From a virus (lineage: Duplodnaviria > Caudoviricetes): a stretch of DNA of 30,860 bases. The DNA is taken from the IMG/VR virus record IMGVR_UViG_3300014208_001166, positions 1-30,860 of that record; one strand, written 5' to 3'. The position numbers and the translations under genes are program-made. The notes below the pieces were generated by a model. That model was not told the origin of the DNA. It worked only from the letters and a program-made list of their open reading frames with translations, and made no database searches. Of this stretch, positions 1 through 9,330 are shown piece by piece; position 1 is the stretch's first letter; each line of letters starts with the position of its first letter.

Positions 1-1
1 A

Positions 2-337
2 GGAATTGTTGAACACGAGTACATCTTTGACGAAGTTCGTTCGCACTGTGACTCAAATAAAGTTTTCATCGATCACATTTCAAAGGATGGAAAAACATCA
101 AAATTAGATTTGAGCATATCTGGGACGAGCGCTTGGAAACTTTTGTGTGTTTCTGATGCCAATACGGGTGAAGTTATCATTGAAAAGAAATTCTATAAGA
201 ATGAATTCGATACGATAATGAAGGATCCGTTGTATAAACCTTTCGTTGATAAGATAATCGAAGCGGCATATACAACAATTTCACAGGAAAATACCCCGGC
301 AGATGTTTCCGAAGACGAGGAGCTAGAAAATGAGTAA
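2..337 (+). CDS. C-terminal part of RecA/UvsX-like recombinase (5' truncated by window)
   Basis: Frame open from base 2 (GIVEHEYIFDEV...SGTSAWK...KKFYK) with acidic tail. The 'GI' and 'G.AW' segments resemble the RecA C-terminal domain, and it sits in a replication cluster. Catalytic motifs are outside the window. Confidence 0.5.
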   Translation, partial: GIVEHEYIFDEVRSHCDSNKVFIDHISKDGKTSKLDLSISGTSAWKLLCVSDANTGEVIIEKKFYKNEFDTIMKDPLYKPFVDKIIEAAYTTISQENTPADVSEDEELENE

Positions 338-770
338 ACCATACGTCAGGGTTAGCTTGGAATCTGATGCAAAGATCCCAGAGTATCAAACCGTTGGTGC
401 ATCAGGCTGCGATCTTGTGGCGAACGAGGACGGACGAATCTGGTCAGGTTCATCAATGCTTGTGAAAACTGGTCTTTATCTGGAAATTCCGCAAGGAATG
501 GAAGGCCAAATAAGATCGAGATCCGGTCTTGCATTAAATTACGGCGTTACTGTTCTAAATTCGCCGGGAACGATTGACAGTGATTATAGAGGCGAAGTAA
601 AGGTTCTGCTTAGGAATTCTAGCGCTAAACCATTTGACTTCAAAAAGGGTGATCGAATCGCTCAACTTGTATTTTCCCGTGTAGAACAGGTTGAATTTCG
701 CGTCACAGAACTCGAAAAGCTAGCAAATACAGAAAGAGCTGACGGAGGATTCGGTTCAACGAAGATTTAA
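330..770 (+). CDS. dut: Trimeric dUTP diphosphatase
   Basis: Motifs ASGCDL, RSRSGLA, NSPGTIDSDYRGE, GDRIAQL, R.DGGFGST. Confidence 0.97.
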   Translation: MSKPYVRVSLESDAKIPEYQTVGASGCDLVANEDGRIWSGSSMLVKTGLYLEIPQGMEGQIRSRSGLALNYGVTVLNSPGTIDSDYRGEVKVLLRNSSAKPFDFKKGDRIAQLVFSRVEQVEFRVTELEKLANTERADGGFGSTKI

Positions 771-1456
771 TCCTTTCTTGTTGAATCTTCCTCGGGCGCA
801 ATTTCTGGGTTTGGTTTCTTGTAGTGTTTTTCCCAAACGCCCTCTGTAAATCCGTAATCAAGAAGAACAAGTCTTGAATCGGGCGTCTTACCCCAATGAT
901 CCAATTGAACGATATCGCCGTACAATAGGTCTGTTTTTCGTGCTGCAGCAGCAATTTTTTTACAGAATTGCTGCGTTTGTGCATCTAGATCCTTAAAGTC
1001 CTTCACATCTTTTTTCAAAAGTAACGCTCTTAGACCGATCCTGAAATCTGTCCATCCGGCACCCGTCAATGATTCAAATTCTTTGCTACTAGAAAGTTCC
1101 TTCACGATATCGGAGATTAACCATTCTTTATTTGGGCCCGCTCCGTAGATTTTAGTGACGATATCCTTCGTCGCGCCATTATTTGAAATTTGAACTTCAG
1201 TTTCATTCTGTGCGATGCCTTTTTCATTCAAGGCAATTTTTAGGACGTATTTTCCGCTCAATGTAAATGCAGCCCTTGATGTTCCTCTTCCGAGTTCATC
1301 AAGAAACATGGACGCATATTCTAACATTACGTTGATGTTATCAAGTTTTTTGAATTGATTAATGTCGAATTTGTTTCCAAATTTGCTTTTTACGTCTCTT
1401 TTAGTCTTGATTCTTTCTAGAACTAAACTAACGTACTCGATTAGAACATCTGACAT
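767..1456 (-). CDS. Protein kinase-like protein
   Basis: Gly-loop LGRGTSR, VLK lysine, NETE glutamate, D..Q..HWG catalytic-loop-like segment, LLDYG (DFG equivalent). Confidence 0.7.
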   Translation of the reverse strand: MSDVLIEYVSLVLERIKTKRDVKSKFGNKFDINQFKKLDNINVMLEYASMFLDELGRGTSRAAFTLSGKYVLKIALNEKGIAQNETEVQISNNGATKDIVTKIYGAGPNKEWLISDIVKELSSSKEFESLTGAGWTDFRIGLRALLLKKDVKDFKDLDAQTQQFCKKIAAAARKTDLLYGDIVQLDHWGKTPDSRLVLLDYGFTEGVWEKHYKKPNPEIAPEEDSTRKD

Positions 1457-1462
1457 ACGATT

Positions 1463-1469
1463 TAATTAT
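1463..1469 (-). promoter_or_regulatory. Putative late promoter motif ATAATTA
   Basis: 6 nt upstream of ATG 1456; same motif and spacing recur before several other genes. Confidence 0.5.
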
Positions 1470-1580
1470 GCATCCCATCCAACTACAATCAACTTATTCT
1501 GATCGAACGATTGATGGTACAACGTTAATTTTCCTTATAAGATAAGAGATGAACGCAATGCATCAAAAACACGATTTACC

Positions 1581-2552
1581 ATGACAGAAACACAAAAACA
1601 GAGACCCATACTGATAATTGATGGAGCGAATCTTTTTATTCGAGCGTGGTCTGCGTATCCACAGATGTCATCGCACGGGTATCAGATGGGTGGATGCATA
1701 GGATTCTTGAAAACCTTAAGAAGGTTGGTCGATGAACAATGTCCGAGTTCAGTTTACATCGCATGGGAAGGCGGAGGGTCAGCTAAACGACGGAAACTAT
1801 TTCCAGAATATAAGCTGAATCGACGGCCTGAGAAATTGAATCGTTTTTACGGCGACGATATACCCGATACTGATGACAATCGAATGCATCAGATGGTAAC
1901 GTTGATCACGATGCTGAAAAATGTTCCTGTGTGTCAGCTGTACGTTTCAGATTGTGAAGGTGATGATGTCGTTGCATACCTGTGCAGGGCAAAATTTAGG
2001 AATGTGGATAAGGTCATCGCATCGTCCGATAAGGACATGTACCAACTTCTCGATGATAACACGAAAATTTACAACTTGCACAAAAAAACATACGTTCTGA
2101 ATGAACATGTTCTGAAGGACTTTAGGGTGACAGCGAAGAATTTTGCGATAGCAAAGGCGTTATGCGGTGATCCATCAGATAACATTCCCGGCGTCAAAGG
2201 AATGGGATTCAAAACAGCCGTTAAGACGTTCCCGATGCTTGGCACTGAGGATGACATTCTTCTTCAGGATGTTTTTGATTATGCAGCGGCTCACAGGGAT
2301 GAATCAAAATCATGTCAACGGGTGTTGGACGAAATTGATAACGTTCGTAGAAATTGGAAACTCGTGTATCTAGATGGTGGAATGCTTTCAAACGATCAAG
2401 CAGAAAAAATTGATTATGTGATGGAGGGCTTTAAACCAAAGATCAGTCAATCCAATCTGATCAAGCAATTGGTGGCAGAGGGGATAGGAGATTTTGATGT
2501 AGACCAATTCTTCTTCCCATTTCGTTGTATTACTGGACTCACCTCAGGATAA
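1581..2552 (+). CDS. 5'-3' exonuclease / flap endonuclease (T4 RNase H-like)
   Basis: IIDGAN, YKLNR, EGDD, SSDKD, GDPSDNIPGVKGMG.KT helix-hairpin-helix motifs. Confidence 0.93.
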   Translation: MTETQKQRPILIIDGANLFIRAWSAYPQMSSHGYQMGGCIGFLKTLRRLVDEQCPSSVYIAWEGGGSAKRRKLFPEYKLNRRPEKLNRFYGDDIPDTDDNRMHQMVTLITMLKNVPVCQLYVSDCEGDDVVAYLCRAKFRNVDKVIASSDKDMYQLLDDNTKIYNLHKKTYVLNEHVLKDFRVTAKNFAIAKALCGDPSDNIPGVKGMGFKTAVKTFPMLGTEDDILLQDVFDYAAAHRDESKSCQRVLDEIDNVRRNWKLVYLDGGMLSNDQAEKIDYVMEGFKPKISQSNLIKQLVAEGIGDFDVDQFFFPFRCITGLTSG

Positions 2553-2554
2553 GA

Positions 2555-3325
2555 ATGGAAAATACAGCATCATTTAATCAGTATGGGAAAATCTTCCAGG
2601 AAAAAATCGTCCAAGCTTTATTGACGGATCGTCAATTTGCCGAACAGATGATGGAGGTAATCGACGTAAAATATTTCGATCAAAAGTACCTCAGATTTCT
2701 TGCTGACAAGTATTTTGAGCATTCACGAAAATACAAGGTTTTTCCGACGCTTCAACTCCTTGTCACAATCATCAAGGATGAATTAAAAGTTGGAACTGAT
2801 ACTATTCTACGTGATCAGATTGTTGAATATCTTCAACGAATGAGACTTGAACCTGACGTTGGCGATCTTCCTTACGTAAAGGAAAAATCGCTTGATTTTT
2901 GCAGAAAACAAGCGTTAAAGGCAGCACTTGAGGAAGCGGTCGATCAAATTCAGGCGGAAAAATACGAACAAATAGTTGACAGCATCAAAAAGGCAGTTTG
3001 CGTTGGTACGACGCCATCGCTAGGCCACGATTTTTTTGATGATTCAGAGGAACGGTTCACACGATTAAATCGACATTGCGTACCAACCAATATACCGGAG
3101 CTTGATAGGAAAGAAATTCTAGACGGCGGCCTGGGGGCAGGAGAGCTTGGTTGCGTGATCGGTGCGACCGGGGCCGGAAAATGTTCTAATCCAAAAACAA
3201 TGATATATGTAAAATACACGGGGATCAAAGTTAATGGAAAGCTTTTTAAACCCTGGGAGCGAATCATTACAAAACGAGGAACAATCTTCGCAAGAGACAT
3301 TCAATCAACAGATGAACTCATTTGA
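2555..3325 (+). CDS. Replicative DnaB/gp41-like helicase, N-terminal part fused to split-intein IntN
   Basis: LDGGLGAGELGCVIGATGAGK (Walker A lacking its final S/T), then C-SNPKTMIYV (intein block A, Cys1 at 3182) and a stop after 47 aa. ATG 2555 follows the upstream stop. Confidence 0.9.
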   Translation: MENTASFNQYGKIFQEKIVQALLTDRQFAEQMMEVIDVKYFDQKYLRFLADKYFEHSRKYKVFPTLQLLVTIIKDELKVGTDTILRDQIVEYLQRMRLEPDVGDLPYVKEKSLDFCRKQALKAALEEAVDQIQAEKYEQIVDSIKKAVCVGTTPSLGHDFFDDSEERFTRLNRHCVPTNIPELDRKEILDGGLGAGELGCVIGATGAGKCSNPKTMIYVKYTGIKVNGKLFKPWERIITKRGTIFARDIQSTDELI

Positions 3326-4863
3326 GTGTTTACATTGTACTCGTAAATTTGGTGCTAAATCTGGTTTGATTACACATCTTAGAAGAATTCATAATCAATA
3401 TTACGGTGATTATAGACATCAATTTATGATCAAAACTAACTTTGAACTTAAAAATCGTTCAACACGAAGTGCTAATGTTCAAAAAGTTCGAAATGAACTT
3501 GCAATAAATGAAGGGTTACTTCCAATCAAGTGTAAGTTATGTCAATTTGAATCAATGTACTCAATTTTGAAACACATAGTGTGTAAACACGACATATCAA
3601 TTGATGAATATAAGCGATGTTTTGGAGAAGAAAAGTTGCAACAAATTAGACCAACACAACGTAAAAAAATACGTGATTGCGTTAAAATCGTAATGAATAA
3701 ATCAGATGTGCGTGCAAAAGTTTTAGCCGGTAGATCATTCCCTTCAGAAGTTAAACATTGGACTAAAAAGGGTTTCTTGTTAGAAGAAGCACAAGAAAAA
3801 GTACGTGAATTTCAACGAATTCAATCTTTGAAAGGAAATAATGATATAACACGTGCTAAACGAAGCAAAAGATTTTCTGGTCACGCAAATCCCATGTCGT
3901 TAGAATCGATTTCAAATCGAAATAACGTAACGATTGATATCGCTAAACAACTCACTCCTTGCTTTGGTAGAACAGGTGAAAAACATCCGATGTTTGGAAA
4001 ACACCATACGCAAGACGCATTAGAAAAAATTGCTTCATCACCACAATTTTCAAATCCTAAATTTAGGTCAATTCCCGAAATCCAAATTGCTACGTTTTGT
4101 GAATCTCTTGGAGAATTGAAAACAAATGTAAAAATTTCTAAATGGAATGTCGATGTTTTGTTTTCTTCGAAAAAACTAATTGTTGAATTTTTTGGTGATT
4201 GGTGGCATATGAATCCAACGAAATTTGAAAAATGCAGCGAACATAAAGTTATGAAAAAATTAGCTGGTGATATTTGGATGCGCGACGAAAGAAAATTAAG
4301 TGAACTTTCTGCCTTGGGATATGAAGTGATTGTTATCTGGGAATCAGACTGGAAAAACGATAAAAATAATTGTGCTGAAAGGATCAAGAATGCTTTCGAT
4401 AGAATTTTGTGATGTTGAAACAACGGTAAAAATGGGAGATCTTTTTACTGAATTAGGATTTTCTACTGACACCCAACCGACTGATGACTCTGGTGATAGT
4501 TACGTTCATAATGAGTGGTCTATAGAGATTAGATCGCTTGACGGTTATTATCCAATTGAGGGATTTCGCTGGACAAAACAAGAACGACAAGTAGAGTTAT
4601 TTCACGCAACAACCCAAGTTGGCGTTTTAGAAGATTGCATACCAAGTATTCAATGTTCACCAGAACATCTTATTTTTCGAATTAGTGATGTTGATTCGGG
4701 TTGGATAAAAGTTGGTAATTTACGTGCCGGTGATCTTATTGTTTCACGATATGGATTGAGAAAAGTTATTGAAATTCAAAGTAACGATGTTATAGAAAGA
4801 TTATGCGATATTCAGGTTGCAATAGCACATTCATATTTTACTGACAACGTCTTATCACATAAT
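3182..4863 (+). mobile_element. Split intein with intervening free-standing homing endonuclease gene (fractured-gene arrangement)
   Basis: Cys1 at 3182 directly after GAGK; terminal His-Asn at 4858-4863 followed by Ser+1. Removal restores GATGAGK-S. Insert is visibly more AT-rich than the flanks. Confidence 0.88.
3312..4412 (+). CDS. Free-standing homing endonuclease: C2H2 zinc fingers + NUMOD3-like + Vsr/DUF559-type PD-(D/E)xK domain
   Basis: CLHC..HLRRIH, CKLC..HIVCKH, GEKHPMFGKHHT, VD..LIVEFFGDWWH, GYEVIVIWE.D. Likely start ATG 3312 overlapping the IntN stop. Confidence 0.85.
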   Translation: MNSFECLHCTRKFGAKSGLITHLRRIHNQYYGDYRHQFMIKTNFELKNRSTRSANVQKVRNELAINEGLLPIKCKLCQFESMYSILKHIVCKHDISIDEYKRCFGEEKLQQIRPTQRKKIRDCVKIVMNKSDVRAKVLAGRSFPSEVKHWTKKGFLLEEAQEKVREFQRIQSLKGNNDITRAKRSKRFSGHANPMSLESISNRNNVTIDIAKQLTPCFGRTGEKHPMFGKHHTQDALEKIASSPQFSNPKFRSIPEIQIATFCESLGELKTNVKISKWNVDVLFSSKKLIVEFFGDWWHMNPTKFEKCSEHKVMKKLAGDIWMRDERKLSELSALGYEVIVIWESDWKNDKNNCAERIKNAFDRIL

Positions 4864-5658
4864 TCTCACTTTCTAACGATGCTCGGCGCCGCCGCACTTA
4901 GAAGAGGGATCAACGTCATGCATTATACGTTCGAATTATCGGAAACGCAGGTTGGTCGTCGGTACGATTCAAATTTGTGTGAAATTGATTCGAATGACGT
5001 AATCGACAGCAAGGAAAAAATTCTTAAAACTTACGATGAATTCGCAAAAAATAACGAACTGGGAAGGTTGAAGATCAAGTATTTTCCAACGAACACAGCA
5101 TCGGTTTACACGCTTCGTAGTCACATGGAAAGGTTGGATCTAAGGGGATTCACACCTGGCGTCGTGATCATCGATTACGCTGATATCATGCGTTCTTCAA
5201 GACAATTTGATTCATTACGACATGAATTGAAATTAGTTTACGAGGAACTTCGTGGATTAGCGGGAGAGAAAGGTTTTCCAATTTGGACAGCTAGTCAGAG
5301 CAATAAGGAAGGTTCAACGGCTGAAATTATTGATCTTGGAAATATGAGTGAGGCATACGGAAAAGCATTCGTTGCTGACGTAGTTCTAAGCATTTCTCGT
5401 CGTGCTCATGAAAAATCATCTGGTGTTGGTAGAATGTACATTGCAAAAAATAGAGCTGGCCGTGATGGTATAGTGTATCCCGTTTCGATTGATACTGCAC
5501 GTTCAAAATTCATCGTCACAGGTGCTGAAGGTTCGATAGAAGCCGCCGCCGCCGAGGAAGAAAATGGCTTCAAAAAAGCTCTTGCTGAAAAATGGAAGGA
5601 ATTGAAGAGTGATCCTACGCTTAACTACACGAAGGTCGACAAAAAGAAGGATGATTGA
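4390..5658 (+). CDS. Split-intein IntC fused to C-terminal part of DnaB/gp41 helicase
   Basis: ATG 4390 with AAGGA upstream. Intein block B CSPEH and blocks F/G LCDIQVAIAHSYFTDNVLSHN, then SHFL..., TFELS, IIDYAD (Walker B), TASQ.N, KNRAG (Arg finger). Confidence 0.92.
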   Translation: MLSIEFCDVETTVKMGDLFTELGFSTDTQPTDDSGDSYVHNEWSIEIRSLDGYYPIEGFRWTKQERQVELFHATTQVGVLEDCIPSIQCSPEHLIFRISDVDSGWIKVGNLRAGDLIVSRYGLRKVIEIQSNDVIERLCDIQVAIAHSYFTDNVLSHNSHFLTMLGAAALRRGINVMHYTFELSETQVGRRYDSNLCEIDSNDVIDSKEKILKTYDEFAKNNELGRLKIKYFPTNTASVYTLRSHMERLDLRGFTPGVVIIDYADIMRSSRQFDSLRHELKLVYEELRGLAGEKGFPIWTASQSNKEGSTAEIIDLGNMSEAYGKAFVADVVLSISRRAHEKSSGVGRMYIAKNRAGRDGIVYPVSIDTARSKFIVTGAEGSIEAAAAEEENGFKKALAEKWKELKSDPTLNYTKVDKKKDD

Positions 5659-5751
5659 TGATCGTCTTGGGTTATGAACCGATAGTTAGAACTTACCACG
5701 GCAGAGACGAAACGCCTTTCGCGGTCATGTTGTTTATGGAGAAAATGTAGG

Positions 5752-8226
5752 ATGATGAAACACACCTACGAGGAGGCGATGTCCGCCTCGCTCGATTATT
5801 TTGGCGGTGATGAATTAGCAGCTCAGGTGTTTGTTGGGAAGTATGCTCTTCGTGATTTGAATAGCAACATCTATGAAAAAACACCCGATGACATGCATAG
5901 ACGTTTGGCAAAAGAGTTTGCAAGGATTGAACAAAAGTACCCAAATCCATTGAGCGAACAGGAAATTTACGAACTTTTTTCATCGTGGGACGTTGTTCCG
6001 CAAGGAAGTCCGATGTCCGCGATCGGAAACCCATTTCAGGTGCAATCATTATCGAATTGTTTCGTGATAGAATCACCGTACGATTCATACGGAGGAATCC
6101 TAAAGACCGATCAGGAGCAAGCTCAAATCATGAAGCGTCGTGGCGGCGTTGGATTTGATATCTCAACGATCAGACCAAAAGGTTTACCTGCCGCCAATGC
6201 CGCAAGAACGACCGACGGTATCGGCGTATTCATGGATCGATTCAGCAATACGTGTCGTGAAGTTGCACAAGGTGGAAGACGTGGGGCTTTGATGTTGACA
6301 ATTTCTGTGCATCATCCCGACATCAGAACGTTCATTAACATTAAGCGTGATCTGAAACGTGTCACCGGTGCGAATATCTCAATTAAACTAACTGATGAAT
6401 TCATGAATGCTGTAAAGGCGGGGGAAAATTTTCAGTTAAGATTTCCTGTCGAAAAGGATGCTTCTCACATCGTTCTGCAGGATGTATCAGCGGTCGAACT
6501 TTGGAATGAAATTATCGACGCAGCATGGCAATCAGCAGAACCAGGTCTTTTATTTTGGGATACTGCGCTGAAAAATACGCCTTCGCAAGCGTATGCTTCG
6601 CAGGGATTTAATACCATTTCAACAAATCCATGCGCAGAAATCTTTTTAAGTCCATATGATAGCTGCAGGTTGTTGTTGGTGAATTTATCAAGGTTCATTG
6701 TCAATAAATTCACCTCCTCGTCATATTTCGATTTTGATCGATTTCACTCCGTTACGATCAGAGCCCAGCGTTTGATGGACGATCTTGTCGATCTTGAAAT
6801 TGAAGCGATCGATAAGATAATTGAAAAGGTATCGGTTGATCCTGAACCTAACGATGTAAAACTTCAGGAACTCATACTTTGGAGAAAGATCAAAACTGCA
6901 GCTCTCAATGGCCGTCGCACCGGATTAGGAATCACAGCATTGGGAGATGCATTGGCATTTCTGAACATCAAGTACGGTTCAGATGAATCAATAACGACGA
7001 CTGAATCGATGTATAAGGCTCTCGCCGTCGCCGCCTACACATCAACAATCAAACTTGCGAAGGAACGTGGTAATTTTGATGTATTTTCACACGACCTTGA
7101 AAGAGATCATCCATTCATCAATAAAGTTCTTGCTGAATTGCCAGATGACGTTGTCGTTGATTATCTGAAGTACGGTCGTAGGAATATAGCGTTGACAACA
7201 ACCGCTCCAGCGGGTTCAGTGTCAATAATGACGCAAACTACATCGGGTTGTGAACCCGTCTACCAGTTGTCATACAAACGTCGGAAAAAAATAAATCAAA
7301 ATGATGTTGTTACTACTCCTGATTTCGTTGATCAAATCGGTGATAAATGGAAAGAATTCATCGTAACACATCATGGTTTAAAAGAATGGTTGGACGTAAC
7401 GAACGGTTCGATTGAGCAGTCACCGTATTGGGGTTCGACATCGGCAGACATCGACTGGGTAAAAAAGATCGATATGCAGGCTGCTGCTCAAAAATGGATT
7501 TGCCATGCGATATCGAACACGTGCAACCTACCTTCAGATGTTACAATCGACACCGTAAAGCAAGTTTATATGCATGGTTGGGAAACAGGGTGTAAGGGTG
7601 TAACGATATACAGGGACGGATCACGTTCCGGTGTGTTAGTGTCGGACGCCGATAAAAAAGTTGAATCGATCAAGCAAACGTCCGCTCCAAAACGTCCTAA
7701 AGAATTGCAATGTGACATACATCGTGCATCAATTCAAGGCGAAAGCTACATAGTTCTTGTAGGTCTGCTCGATGAAAAACCGTACGAAATTTTCGCCGGT
7801 CTTCAACACCACGTTGAAGTTCCGAAGAAAATTAAAAGAGGTACGATGATCAAGAACGGGAAAAATAAGGACGGTGTTGTTACGTATAATCTTCGTATCC
7901 CGCTTGGCGATGATGATGAGCTAGTTTTCAAGGACATTGTTGATCTTTTTGCGAATCCAAATCATGGAGCATTCACAAGAACAATATCGCTTGCACTGCG
8001 ACACGGCGTTCCTGTGCAGTATCTCGTTGAGCAATTGAGAAAGGATAAAAACAGCGATCTATTTTCATTCTCAAGCGTTATCGCAAGGGTTTTTAGTAAA
8101 AATTACGTTCCAGATGGAACGAAAGCAACACAAGAAAAAAAGTGTCCCGATTGTAGTGGAACTAATCTTCAATACCAACAAGGTTGTGTTGTGTGCATGG
8201 ATTGCGGTTCATCAAAATGTTCATAA
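5752..8226 (+). CDS. nrdJ: Class II (adenosylcobalamin-dependent) ribonucleotide reductase
   Basis: SNCFV, GGRRGALM, TNPCAE, TAPAGS, CKG.TIYRDGSR, C-terminal CPDC/CMDCG zinc ribbon; no NrdB nearby. Confidence 0.93.
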   Translation: MMKHTYEEAMSASLDYFGGDELAAQVFVGKYALRDLNSNIYEKTPDDMHRRLAKEFARIEQKYPNPLSEQEIYELFSSWDVVPQGSPMSAIGNPFQVQSLSNCFVIESPYDSYGGILKTDQEQAQIMKRRGGVGFDISTIRPKGLPAANAARTTDGIGVFMDRFSNTCREVAQGGRRGALMLTISVHHPDIRTFINIKRDLKRVTGANISIKLTDEFMNAVKAGENFQLRFPVEKDASHIVLQDVSAVELWNEIIDAAWQSAEPGLLFWDTALKNTPSQAYASQGFNTISTNPCAEIFLSPYDSCRLLLVNLSRFIVNKFTSSSYFDFDRFHSVTIRAQRLMDDLVDLEIEAIDKIIEKVSVDPEPNDVKLQELILWRKIKTAALNGRRTGLGITALGDALAFLNIKYGSDESITTTESMYKALAVAAYTSTIKLAKERGNFDVFSHDLERDHPFINKVLAELPDDVVVDYLKYGRRNIALTTTAPAGSVSIMTQTTSGCEPVYQLSYKRRKKINQNDVVTTPDFVDQIGDKWKEFIVTHHGLKEWLDVTNGSIEQSPYWGSTSADIDWVKKIDMQAAAQKWICHAISNTCNLPSDVTIDTVKQVYMHGWETGCKGVTIYRDGSRSGVLVSDADKKVESIKQTSAPKRPKELQCDIHRASIQGESYIVLVGLLDEKPYEIFAGLQHHVEVPKKIKRGTMIKNGKNKDGVVTYNLRIPLGDDDELVFKDIVDLFANPNHGAFTRTISLALRHGVPVQYLVEQLRKDKNSDLFSFSSVIARVFSKNYVPDGTKATQEKKCPDCSGTNLQYQQGCVVCMDCGSSKCS

Positions 8227-8232
8227 ATACGA

Positions 8233-8239
8233 ATAAGTA
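8233..8239 (+). promoter_or_regulatory. Putative late promoter motif ATAAGTA (ATAAATA also at 8223-8229)
   Basis: 5 nt upstream of ATG 8245; matches the recurring motif. Confidence 0.45.
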
Positions 8240-8244
8240 CGATC

Positions 8245-8721
8245 ATGAAATTGAGTAAACGACAGGAATCTGAGATCGGTAAACTTCTTCTCGAGGAAGC
8301 AGTTCTTGATGAACGAGCATCCTTTGAAAAAAAGGCGAATTTACGTAATTCATTGCTTTTGGAAGCAGATCCAGCAATGGAAAATCGTGTTGATATTTCA
8401 TTATTGAATGATGATATCAAGGAAATATCAGATCAACTGGCATATCAATTTGGTGATAAGTTTCATGATATACTCGCGGTAATTCATAAAAAATTGTTGG
8501 TTGAATTATCTAAATCAATGAAAAAATACGGCATGCAATGGATTTCAATAGTCGATCTCAAGAACATTCTTGACGGAGAAAGCAATGAATCTGTGATGGA
8601 CGCTCAATTCGAATTTGTCATGGGATTGAACAATCTCGTGGCAGAATATGGGCAAAAATTAGCGAAAGAAATTGTTCAGAATTTATCTGAGCAGGAGAAT
8701 GTGCCAGATGTCGATGTCTGA
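8245..8721 (+). CDS. Hypothetical helical protein with LLLE leader (possible virion protein)
   Basis: 158-aa ORF, LLLE occurs twice, preceded by the ATA..TA motif. Confidence 0.7.
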   Translation: MKLSKRQESEIGKLLLEEAVLDERASFEKKANLRNSLLLEADPAMENRVDISLLNDDIKEISDQLAYQFGDKFHDILAVIHKKLLVELSKSMKKYGMQWISIVDLKNILDGESNESVMDAQFEFVMGLNNLVAEYGQKLAKEIVQNLSEQENVPDVDV

Positions 8722-8980
8722 AAAGAATACCTCGAAAAAGAACGTAATCGATGAAAATTACGACTTAGGCGTACCAGATTTTGCTCTTCGAGAGGCAGTC
8801 GATAGGTTTGTTGATGATGTTAGGGAACACGTAAAAAAGTTCATACTCGTGCACAAATCAGATAACGTAATCCAGCAAAGGGAATCGTTGGAGGCAGCAA
8901 ATGAAGTCCTAGAGGTCCTAAGGGAAGAAGCTGTTGATCTGTTGAATGATAAACTTTGGATGTTCACCCGTAACGTATGA
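8714..8980 (+). CDS. Hypothetical protein
   Basis: ORF overlapping the upstream stop; ATG 8714 (MSEKN) is the likely start. Confidence 0.65.
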   Translation: MSEKNTSKKNVIDENYDLGVPDFALREAVDRFVDDVREHVKKFILVHKSDNVIQQRESLEAANEVLEVLREEAVDLLNDKLWMFTRNV

Positions 8981-9017
8981 ACTGAAATATTTGATCATTC
9001 TGTAGTACCATCGATAG

Positions 9018-9296
9018 ATGGAAAAAATCCTGCGGTGTGTTTGTCAATGTGCAACCGAATCTCATCAAGTTTCGTTTGAGATAGATTCTGAAATCGTGCA
9101 ATTTTACGTTGTTCCACGTTTGAATGATTATCTGCCGTGGTATAAAAGAATTGTGAATGCCGTCAAATATGTATTTGCGATTAAAAATCGTGATGATGAT
9201 TACGATTGTGTTTGTCTGACTGATTCAGATGCAATTTCATTGCATGAAATGTTGACGCCTTATGTCGAGCGTGTTGATGATTTAGCGTCATATTGA
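9018..9296 (+). CDS. Hypothetical protein (CxC..H, 'W.KR...A.KY.F' phage family-like)
   Basis: 92-aa ORF filling the gap; sigma70-like CTGAAA-18-TACCAT just upstream. Confidence 0.7.
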   Translation: MEKILRCVCQCATESHQVSFEIDSEIVQFYVVPRLNDYLPWYKRIVNAVKYVFAIKNRDDDYDCVCLTDSDAISLHEMLTPYVERVDDLASY

Positions 9297-9330
9297 CACC
9301 AGAATATTCTTAACACAAGAAAAGGAACCT

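Noticed and set aside
3326-4389. Group I intron interrupting the helicase
   Set aside because: The three ORFs overlap, leaving no non-coding room for an intron core; intein terminal motifs explain the junction exactly.
5659-5751. Cobalamin riboswitch or 30-aa ORF upstream of nrdJ
   Set aside because: Too short and lacks a recognisable B12-box; the small ORF (5658-5750) has no supporting motif.
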